Below, piece after piece: positions 11,190 through 20,239 of a stretch of DNA of 44,709 nucleotides. The DNA is from Octopus bimaculoides (taxonomy: Eukaryota). Below the pieces are notes generated by a model that did no database searches, was not told the origin of the DNA, and saw only the letters and a program-made list of their open reading frames with translations. The position numbers and the translations under genes are program-made. Position 1 is the stretch's first letter. Every line of letters starts with the position of its first letter. Location: contig NC_068983.1 in assembly GCF_001194135.2 (NCBI RefSeq), positions 43,227,417 through 43,272,125 of the forward strand, in the 5' to 3' direction.

Positions 11190-11245
<56 letters not shown>

Positions 11246-11375
11246 CCACCTCTCTCTCTCCCTCTCTCTCCCTCTCACTCCCTCTCTCTCTCTCTCTCTC
11301 CCACCTCTCTCTCTCCCACTTCTCTCTCTCGCTCCCACCTCTCTCNNNNNNNNNNCTCTCTCTCTCTCTTAGTCT
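11190..11375. repeat. (TCTG)n/(TC)n microsatellite
   Basis: Directly visible. Source of the RE- and SL-repeat ORFs. Confidence 0.95.
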
Positions 11376-11477
11376 ATCACTTTCAATTTTCACTTTCTTA
11401 TTGTAAAGTTTCCCCCTCTTTATATGTATTTACCACACTCTCTCTCACTCTGTATATGTAAACCGCTCACGCTGAGT

Positions 11478-11522
<45 letters not shown>

Positions 11523-12019
11523 AATTTTACTAGGGTGACAGAGTGATTTAAAAAAGGTATATAAAAGATAATTTATTTCAATAGCATACTTTTCTGGTAG
11601 TAAATATGTATTTTCTGAAACACACACACATACACACATACAGACTCATTTGGTGTGGGGTGGGCGTTGAAATTTTGAATTACAAAATATTTCTGTTGTT
11701 GCTTAAATCCTTGCAATGGATCACACTTGAGCTAAACAAAACCATTACTTCCACATCTTCTCTTGTGTCATGGCACATTCATGCCTTTGACAAATCATGG
11801 CTTGTTCCTCCTCCATTTATTTCTGTCTCTCGCAACATCACCCTGGTCTTTCTTGCTCTGCACATTCAATCTCTTCATCCAGTTGAACATCTACCCCAAT
11901 ACCAATTGATTTCATGCTGTGCATGAGAGACATGCTTTGCAATCCTCAGTTGGAGACAGTATTTAACATCTATTTCTAAAACATTCATTATTTCAACTTG
12001 TGTGCATTTCTAACTTTAA

Positions 12020-12297
12020 ACGTTGCCAGTGCCAATGGACTGGCTCCTGTGCAGGTGGCACATAAAATACACCATTTCGAGCGTGGCCGTTGTCAGTACC
12101 CGCCTGTCTGGCCTTCGTGCTGGTGGCATGTAAAAGCACCCACTACACTCTCGTAGTGGTTGGCGTTAGGAAGGGCAACCAGCTGTAGAAACTCTGCCAA
12201 ATTAGATTGAAGCCTGGTGTAGCCATCTGGTTCACCAGACCTCAGTTAAATCATCCAATCCATGCTAGCATGGAAAGCGGACGTTAAACGACGATGA
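12020..12297 (+). mobile_element. RTE-family 3' tail
   Basis: tggcatgtaaaagcacccactacactctc...gcatggaaagcggacgttaaacgacgatg. Confidence 0.8.
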
Positions 12298-12656
12298 AAC
12301 GTCCTACTCCGTTTAAAGAGAAAACTATAGGAAACAATAAAAAAAGTAAATATGTGAAGTATTATTACTATTAAAAACAGTAATAAAGAGGTGGCTAGCA
12401 AGACTTCTACCTAAACAGGTATAAAATATTTAAAGAAAAGAAGGATAAAGATACCGCTTGCTAAAAAATTAAAGTGAAAGCTTAAAAAAACCCACCAAAT
12501 GGCGGTGCCCCAGCATGGCCTCAGCTCATGAGCTGAAACTGGATAAAATGAAAATGAAAAATTCTACAATAAATACACACACGAGATTTAATTTTTTTTT
12601 TTTTTTGACTTACTATACCTCAGAAATAATTTTCCTTTGGATATATTAATACTTAC

Positions 12657-12771
12657 CTATGTTTTATACAGTGTGAAGTGTTTGCTACATCTTCAAAAAC
12701 GGTAACAGGGTAGCTCTGATTCTCAATTCTCAAGTAGACCATTCCCATAAAGAATAATGTTATAATAACAC
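12657..12771 (-). CDS. SLC2A13-like: HMIT-like exon (TM9 and start of extracellular loop)
   Basis: Acceptor ctctAG, donor GTaagt, 115 nt. Translates (G)VIITLFFMGMVYLRIENQSYPVTVFEDVANTSHCIKH(R). Phases match both neighbours. Confidence 0.93.
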
Positions 12772-12954
12772 CTAGAGAAAGAATGAAGAATTCCAGGTTT
12801 TGGGAAATACTTTGACATCATTCAAATTGTTTAGTATAAGCTGAAGCATTTAATGAAGAGTCTTGAACAGAGTTTGGAACAAAAGGTGAGAGAATATGTG
12901 AGGAACATGAGGGCAAAATGCAGAGTATGAAGGAAATTAAAAAATAAATAAATG

Positions 12955-13197
12955 CGCCCTTTTAAAGCTTAGCCAGGATCATGGGCCCAGTTTCCCAGTT
13001 TCAATGGCGTATGTGTTCTCCAGCTGGACGGGACGCCAGTCCATCGCAGCGTTTCTCATTTTTGCCAGCTGAGTGAACTGGAGCAATGAGAAATGAAGTG
13101 TTTTGCTCAAGAACACGTGTTGCCCGGTCCAGGAATCGAAACCACAATCTTACGATCATGATGCTGACACCCTAACCACTAAGCTACGCACCTCCAC
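12955..13197 (-). mobile_element. tRNA-derived SINE
   Basis: Minus-strand head gtggaggtgcgtagcttagtggttaggg...ggtttcgattcctggaccggg. Confidence 0.8.
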
Positions 13198-13254
13198 ATG
13201 AAGGAAATTAGAGGTATTTATTTTTTAATTATGGCACAAGCCATAAATACTGGG

Positions 13255-13620
13255 GGAGGATATAATTTCTGAGATAGTGGTAATGCCACTCTGATTGGAC
13301 AGGTTCCTGCTTTCCAGGAATACAAAAACAAACATTGAGGTTAAACTTAGAGTACCCTGGGAGGGCAGACTCAATATTTCCCTCCGGTTAAAGACATCAA
13401 ACTATCAGGACGTAGTCAATGAGGTATTTGTCAAGGGATGGCATGTAGCCTCCTCATTCTCCATTGTAGTCGGCTTTCATGGCCTTCCATCTGGATCAGT
13501 ATGCTGTTTCCTGCAGAAAAGAGGTCTGGAACCCAGACATCTAAAGAAAGCCACCAAGAAAATAGGCAGGGCAGTTGAAACTTGCTCAAGATGACTAGGT
13601 TGATAAGAGATTTCAAGTGG
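13255..13620 (+). mobile_element. Non-LTR retrotransposon C-terminus with restriction-like endonuclease, HERO/NeSL type, degenerate
   Basis: LLSRNTKTNIEVKLRVPWEGRLNISLRLKTSNYQDVVNE...GWH...IVVGFHG...KKATKKIGRAVETCSR resembles the ELTVPWE...K..KY...GW...EVGCRG pattern of HERO-type REL domains (recalled, not searched). Confidence 0.65.
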
Positions 13621-13921
13621 AACCCTCTGTTAGATGAAGACTAACTCAGTTCTTGCTGCCTCGTGCAGCATACAAGCAAAGGTGTGAAATACATGTGGCC
13701 CTGAGATACCTGCAGACAATACAGAAGGGTTTCTGGCACTGCAATGGATATAGGAGAGCTTGAAAAGCCTCTGAGTATCTTGTACAGTTTGTTTGTGGGG
13801 CAAAGCATCTGCGATGTTTATTCCACCTCACCCATTGAAGGATCACTCTTTTACTCTTTTACTTGTTTCAGTCATTTGACTGTGGCCATGCTGGAGCACC
13901 GCCTTTAGTCAAGCAAGTCAA

Positions 13922-14148
13922 CCCCTTTCGTTACCATATTTCTGTTGAGATGCTCTGTGTATCTTTCAATTAATTTTAAATATAACAAAGAATTTAGTAA
14001 AGTAACTTAGTTATCATTAAGCTAGTGTTAGGAACATAAAATGTGATTAAAGTTTGGTGGAAGATTTTAATTCAAAACTTATGAAAACAAGACATTTGTA
14101 CTACAGAGCCAGAAGCTGTTTCAACCAGGTTGATATCGAAAGGGTTAA
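13922..14148. mobile_element. piggyBac-like MITE
   Basis: Ends cccctttcgttacca and tgatatcgaaaggg are imperfect inverted repeats, with TTAA on the right. Related fragments near 8690-8790, 32900-32990 and 35500-35600. Confidence 0.6.
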
Positions 14149-14331
14149 CTGGACTTAAACATATTAATTATATAGTATCTATTGTCAACCAGATAAGATA
14201 ACAATTCAAGTATATAAGTTGTTTGTTATTACAACTGTCAGTGTAAACAATCCTTCTGGGTCAGAAAATGTTTATTTACATTCTATACTTGTTTTGTTTT
14301 CACTAAATTCTTTTATTTTTTTATTTTATTC

Positions 14332-14985
14332 TTTTACTTGGATCAATTATTTGACTGCAACTATGTTGGAGCACCGAATTTAGTCAAACAAATCAACTCC
14401 AGGACTTATTCTGTGTAAGCCTAGTACTTATTCTATCAGTCTCTTTTGCTGAACCACTAATTGATGGGCACGTAAACATGCTAACATTGGTTGTCAAGCG
14501 ATGGTGGGGGGACAATCACTCACACAAATACATACATACATACATCATCATCATCATTAATCATCTGCTTTCTATGCTGGCATGGGCTGGATGGTTTGTG
14601 TGAGGACTGGCAAACCAGGAGACTGCACCAGGCTCCAATCTGATCTGACAAGGTTTCTACAGCTGGATGCCCTTCTTAATGCCAACCACTCTGAGAGTGT
14701 AGTGGGTGCTTTTTATGTGCCACCGGCATGGGAGCCAGTCAGGTGGCACTAGCATTGACCATGCACAAATGGTGCTTTTTACATGCCACCAGCACAGGTA
14801 CCAGTCAGGCAGCACTGACGATGAGCTTCTTTCAGTTTCTGTCTACCGAATCCACTCACAAGGCTTTGGTTGGCTTGAGGCTATAGTAAAAGACACTTGC
14901 CCAAGGTGCCATGCAGTGGGACTGAACCTGGGACCATGTGGTTGGGAAGCAAGCTTCTTACCACACAGCCACTCCTGCACCTATA
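14332..14985 (-). mobile_element. Third-family SINE with an RTE 3' tail nested in its internal microsatellite
   Basis: SINE 3' half about 14332-14535, RTE tail about 14540-14815, SINE head about 14828-14985. Confidence 0.75.
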
Positions 14986-15144
14986 AGTTTAGCATTCCCA
15001 TGCCTGGACTTAAACTTGGGCTGCTTGGGTGAAAGTCATTACCTGTAACATCAGAAAAAGTGCACAAATTGGGAATGAAATCAAATGCGTCAATACAAAT
15101 TAGCAACTAACAGGAAACTGCCTGGAGGTTGATCTTTCTGCTAG

Positions 15145-15375
15145 TACAGGGCATTCAAAAAGTCTCTCCGCAGTAAGTATTTTATTGCAAAATAAATATT
15201 TATAACATGGTATAGTATAAGACTACAAAAGAATAAATTAGACTTTACAAGACTTTAAAAAATTTTATAAGTGTCGTCCTTCATTTTCAATACATAAGTC
15301 GACACTTCTACACATGTTCCGATGAAAATCAAGATGAAAAAATTCACTGCAGAGAAACTTTTTGAACACCCTCTA
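15145..15375. mobile_element. Tc1/mariner-type MITE with TA target duplication
   Basis: TA-cagggcattcaaaaagtctctccgcagt ... actgcagagaaactttttgaacaccctc-TA; about 28-bp imperfect TIR. Confidence 0.8.
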
Positions 15376-16944
15376 TATGTGCATTACTCACATGCAAGAA
15401 TGTCCTGATTACTTCTATTACACTTTTGTTAATTGTTTGAAGTGACTGTCTGGTTGCAAATAGGCCTCAACACCATCTCAGGCTCCTTCCCACTTGACCC
15501 AGTGAAGCAATGAAGATATGACAGCTAAAGAGAAAGAGGTGGGGGTTGCAACAGCAGTTTGGCTGACATTCATTTATAGCCAAGTAACTTCCAGTCTTCC
15601 ATGAAAAACATACCTGTCCATAGGGGAGATATTACCTTGCTGGGAAACAAGTGCGGGTGGGGTTTGGCAACAGGAAGGGCATCAAGCTGAAGAAAATTTA
15701 CCTCAACAAATTCCATTTGACTCATGCAAACGTGGAAGAGTGGACATTAAATTATGATGATGATGATGATGATGATGATGAGAAGGAGGGGGACAACGAT
15801 GACAGGATGTGATTTTAGTGGAATTTAGCAGCCATGTTTGACACACAGCTTGCTACATTCGACATGTGGCTTGATTAGAAAACATGAAAATGTTTGATAA
15901 AGATTTATATCTAGTCAAGAACCCTTGAGAAAAGACTTGTTGTTCAGAGCTCAAGGAAATACACATATATTTCTTACCAAGATATACATGTGGAAGCTTA
16001 TTAAGGCGTTGATAATTCAATTAACATCAACAGTAGTGATGATTAGATAAAGGACAGAAAGGAATAACTCTCAGGTACAAGAGGTGCCTCTTGTATTCAC
16101 GTATTACATAAGATTACTATTATTATACTACAGACATTATGTTTTTACTAAGTCACTGAACAATATTGAGGTATTAGGGGTTATTTAGAGGAGTGGGAGA
16201 TTGTTAGAAATTGGGACAAACTGTATCTCTGTAGATAAGACCATTTTTGTTTATTGAAATATAATAATTATACTATTAGCTCTGCTTTATGAAAATAGCT
16301 AAATTTGTGGAGATATTTCAGATGTGGTTTCAATAATTCTGTCTTCATAAAAATGGGATTACATTGCTTCTGCTTCTCAAAGACATATATTTTATTCATC
16401 ATTTTCCATGTTTGCCTAAGTCAGGTTAGATTCGTTGAAGCAGATTTTCTGCTGGATGCTCTTCCTGTTGTTAACCTTCACCTGTTTCCAGCCAAGTACT
16501 TCAAACATGAAACTGCATAATAGCTATACCAGATTGCAAACAGATGACATTTGTTTACAACCAGCTTGAGATGTCTCAACATCATACAATTATATGCAAT
16601 GTAAACTCATATCTGACATGGATGAATATATTTGGACATGAAAAGAACTTTCACTGGGGAAATAGACCCAAATGAAAATCCTCCTTCAAGACAACCTGTA
16701 TGAAAACACATATTGGGCTGTGAATGGTGTTGCAGGACTGTAATATTGTTGTAAAGTGATCTTTTGCCACTGTCGTATCTGTCTTTTTGACAATGGTTGT
16801 TGCTCTAACAGATATTTTATGTTACGAAGTCATCGATAGAATGTTTCTGGCACTGTATGATCCCCAGTTATAACAGTGTTATTATCTTCAAAAGGTTGGA
16901 TCGTTCAAATTCACACACTATCACAGTATAATTATGTCACCCCA

Positions 16945-17080
16945 AGTTTGTCCCCCCAACATCACTTGACAACCTATGATGGTGTGTTTGCGTCCCTGTA
17001 ACTTAGCGGTTTGGCAAAAGAGAACAATAGAGTAAGTACTAGGCTTACAAAGAATAAGTCCTGGGGTCGATTTGCTCGAC
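16945..17080 (+). mobile_element. Internal fragment of third-family SINE flanked by a 23-bp direct repeat
   Basis: cacacactatcacagtataatta at 16912-16934 and 17089-17111. Confidence 0.75.
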
Positions 17081-17528
17081 CACACTATCACACACTATCA
17101 CAGTATAATTACTCCATCAGCACAGATACAACTATCAACGTAGTCTACACATACTCTTGACCTTCCTGACCTTCTCCCTGTCAACCGGCTGCTGGTCTAT
17201 TTATAATGGCTGTCTACTACCACTTTTTACTGGAAGAGGTGTACAGTTTCACTTTGCAACACGGATGCATGTGTTTTTGTGTTGTTTTGCATTAGGTACA
17301 AACCCATGAGTATGTGGGTATTTTGAAAATACCTCATGGAGTGACAAACCTACACTGCATAGTTACAGGCTGCCCTTTAAAAAAATGGTTAAAGATCCTT
17401 CATGAGTCATATAGACTCACAGGACCAGTTTGTTGGTTTCCAGGGTGCATATATTCCCCCATCCCCATAGATAGAACACCAGTCTGTCACAGGTGGTGGT
17501 GGTGAAAAAAATAAGAAGAACAGCTCAC

Positions 17529-17689
17529 CTAAAGTTGAGAAGAAAAGTAATTTACGTCGTCCAATTCGTTCTATCAGGTAAAGACCAACAAACGAGAAAA
17601 GGAAGTTTGCAAAGATTGGTATAGAAGATAACCATAATGCGATTGAGTCGTCTTTTATTTGAGACTTTAGAAATATACCACTGTAGAAC
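17529..17689 (-). CDS. SLC2A13-like: HMIT-like exon (TM8, GRR loop)
   Basis: Poly-T tract plus ggcAG acceptor, donor GTgagc, 161 nt. Translates FYSGIFLKSQIKDDSIALWLSSIPIFANFLFSFVGLYLIERIGRRKLLFFSTL(G). Confidence 0.96.
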
Positions 17690-17754
17690 CTGCCAAAAAA
17701 AAAATATATATATATTCTTTAAATACATACATTCTATATTTACTGAATTTCAAG

Positions 17755-17890
17755 AGCACATACCCAAGGTACACTGTGCTTAAGGGTGCAGTCAAAGCGT
17801 AAACCACAGCACATACCCTAGCCACACAAAGCTGTGCTCAGTAGTGCAGTGAAAGCACATGATAAAAATAAGACTACTGAATAATAATGA
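17755..17890 (+). mobile_element. 3' end of R4/Dong-like element, followed by (GAG)n(GAA)n microsatellite
   Basis: gctgtgctcagtagtgcagtgaaagcacatgataaaaataagactactgaataataat matches 35025-35090. Confidence 0.65.
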
Positions 17891-18193
17891 TGAGGAGAAG
17901 AAGGAGGAGGAGGAGGAGGAGGAGGAGGAGGAGAAGGAGAAGAAGAAGAAGAAGAAGAAGAAGAAGAAGAAGAAGAAGATGGGACCTTTTGAGCGGGATG
18001 AGCTACTTGACCTGAAGAAAATTCTGACTGGACCCCCACCTGCAAGGTCATGCGCTGTTTATCTTGATATGAGATCANNNNNNNNNNNNNNNNNNNNNNN
18101 NNNNNNNNNNNNNNNNNNNNNNNNNNAATAATAATAATAATAATAATAATCAATGTTAAATCTCTGAACGAGGTATTAACAGTAACTGCACGA

Positions 18194-18390
18194 TAAAGTG
18201 AAGTATATTTGCCACTTAAATGTGGCTGACCCCGAGGGGTGGGAAAGATAACTTCCCTTGGCAAATACAGACAGGACACAGAAGTGTGTCGATAGCCAGC
18301 TGGAGGAGATGTCCTCCTGGGGCTAAAAGCAACAGTAACATCCACCCCTCGGGGTCAGCCACATTTAAGTGGCAAATATACTTCACTTTA
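18194..18390. mobile_element. MITE with perfect 49-bp terminal inverted repeats
   Basis: 18194-18242 is the exact reverse complement of 18342-18390 (taaagtgaagtatatttgccacttaaatgtggctgaccccgaggggtgg). Confidence 0.9.
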
Positions 18391-18784
18391 ATAATAATAA
18401 TACTAATGATAAATGCCCGGATGCAGTACCAGGCAGTGGCTCTCATGGCTTCTGATCTTAATTGATTGGAAGTGTTATCATGTACATTGTTTTGTCTTGG
18501 TATAAAAGATGAGCTACAGCAAATATTCTGCTCAATACCACAGATTTGCTTGTCCGTTGGCATAGGCCACGGGTTATGGTCTCATTTGGCTTGCCGGGTC
18601 TTCTCAAGCACAGCATATTTCCAAAGGTCCCGGTCACTAGTCATTGCGTCAGTGAGGCCTAATGGTCGATGGTAGAAATGCCACTAACCATTTTATCTGC
18701 TGCCATAATGATTCTGCTAGCTTGCTGCCTCAAGAATAACAGTTTCGCATTTCAGCACAATAATAATAATAATAACAACAACAT

Positions 18785-18935
18785 AAGGGTTTCAAATTTT
18801 GGCACAAGGCCAGCAATTTCAAGGGAGGGGTAAATCAATCACATCAACCCCAGTGTTCAACTGGTACTTATTTTATCAGCCACAAACGATGACAGACAAA
18901 GTTGACCTTGGCAGAATTTATCAACTTTGTCTTTC
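18785..18935 (-). mobile_element. Second-family SINE, 3' part
   Basis: Homologous to 2479-2600. Confidence 0.75.
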
Positions 18936-19009
18936 ATCCTTTCATGGTTGATGATAATAATAATAATGATAATAATATGTGTATGGGGAGAAGGTGTCAG
19001 CAAAATGTT

Positions 19010-19490
19010 GAGTGCGTGGAATTTGGGATGAGATAATGACACACATTGTTGCAAAATGTCCTAAGTTGGCACAAGGAGAATATAAGAAATGGCGATATGA
19101 CCAAGTTGTGAAAGTTTTGCACTAGAAGCTTTGTTAGAAATGGGGATTTAAAGCTGGGGGTACTTGGTATAATCATTGGGTCGAAAGAGTGCTAGAGTTG
19201 GAGAAAAGCAAAATTTTATGAGATTTTCCTATTCAAATGGATAAGAAGGTAGAAAATAATAAACCAGACACAGCAATAATAGACAAGGGGAAAATAAAGT
19301 TGCTTACAAATTGATCCATCATGTCCCTCTAATGCCAGGATTGTAAAGAAAGAAGATGAAAAATTTAAAGTATACAACCCATTAGAATTTTTAAATTGTA
19401 AGAATTTTGAATATGAAAACTGCAGTAATTGGTTGAAAATTACTAGTTGTAAATCTCTCAACAAGAGATATTCAGCAACAGTACTCTAGA
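19010..19490 (+). mobile_element. Degenerate R4/Dong-like zinc knuckle and REL endonuclease fragment
   Basis: Reads ...THIVAKCPKLAQGEYKKWRYDQV...KSKIL*DFPIQMDKKVENNKPDT... with stops and frameshifts. Parallels 35102-35494 and is preceded by (TAA)n. Confidence 0.7.
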
Positions 19491-19509
19491 GTAAAGATTA
19501 TTTGCCAAC

Positions 19510-19650
19510 ATAACATGGCTGTCCTGGTTTAGGACGAATGTTATTGTAACTTAGCCCCAGGAGACATAATGCTGTATAGCCAGCTGGAGACAATGTTTCC
19601 TGGGGCTGAGTTACAACAATATTCATCCTAAACCAGGATTGCCATGTTAT
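19510..19650. repeat. Imperfect palindrome/MITE with about 60-bp arms
   Basis: ataacatggc..tcctggtttagga..gtaacttagccccagga pairs with tcctggggctgagttac..tcctaaaccagga..gccatgttat. Shares ccagctggag..cctggggct with 18194-18390. Confidence 0.8.
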
Positions 19651-19849
19651 GTTGGTAAATAATCTTTAATCTGTAGTAATTGGTGCATTAGAGATGGGGG
19701 AATAATGACATAGACAAATGGTTGAAGGCGATTAGAATGGAAAGACCCCTAGAGCTTATACAGATAGTTTACCTTTTAGTGACAGGAAAGATTATCTAAA
19801 GTGTTTTCAGCACTCAAAAGATTATTGAAGGTTTATAGATATTTATGAG

Positions 19850-19978
19850 ATCACCAAGATGTGGCAGCTATGAGTGTCAAGTATAAAGATTGTTCCTATT
19901 GTCATCGGAGCATTGGGTTCAATACCACCTATGCTGAAGAAACATATGGAAAGTTTAGAAATACCCTACAATCTAGTG
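19850..19978 (+). mobile_element. REL-LINE C-terminal fragment
   Basis: EITKMWQL..IKIVPIVIGALGSIPPMLKKHMESLEIP resembles 34740-34850 (EVTRMWNLKTETIPIIVGALG). Confidence 0.65.
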
Positions 19979-20049
19979 CTATATACATATACTTATATAT
20001 ACATATATATATATACTTTATTTAAAAGCAGCAGAAATATAACAAAAGA

Positions 20050-20087
20050 CTGTTACTCTGAGTTTCACGTTCCCGTTCATCGGACAG
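20050..20087 (-). ncRNA. Antisense copy of the minimal hammerhead-like motif
   Basis: Minus strand reads ctgt-ccgatga-acgggaacgt-gaaa-ctcagag-ta-acag, with a near-palindromic stem III actc-a-gagt. Confidence 0.5.
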
Positions 20088-20101
20088 TTTTTCTAACAAA
20101 A

Positions 20102-20139
20102 CTGTCCGATGAACGGGAACGTGAAACTCAAAGTAACAG
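20102..20139 (+). ncRNA. Minimal type I hammerhead-like motif
   Basis: ctgt-ccgatga-acg.ggaa.cgt-gaaa-c.tcaaa.g-ta-acag: stem I ctgt/acag, stem II acg/cgt, GUA triplet. Core position 4 is C rather than U. Confidence 0.5.
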
Positions 20140-20239
20140 GCTTTTGTTATATTTCTGCTGCTTTTAAATAAAGCATATTACTCTACCTCTGGTATTTGAG
20201 TACTCTTTTNNNNNNNNNNTATATATATACACATATATA

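Larger units (their letters stand above)
20016..20173. mobile_element. Foldback element: 76-bp arms with 2 mismatches and a 6-nt loop
   Basis: 20016-20091 pairs with 20098-20173. A partial extra copy of the arm lies at about 22414-22456. Confidence 0.9.

Noticed and set aside
15050-15220. Apparent AG...GT-bounded segment as a candidate TM9 exon
   Set aside because: In-frame stop in the required phase, and it overlaps a mariner-type MITE. The exon at 12657-12771 fits instead.
17859-18131. Poly-Glu/poly-Lys ORF
   Set aside because: A (GAG)n(GAA)n microsatellite following a LINE tail and ending in a gap.
19510-19650. Hammerhead or pre-miRNA in this palindrome
   Set aside because: No CUGANGA/GAAA core on either strand. 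The hairpin is better explained as a MITE-like repeat, and there is no small-RNA evidence.
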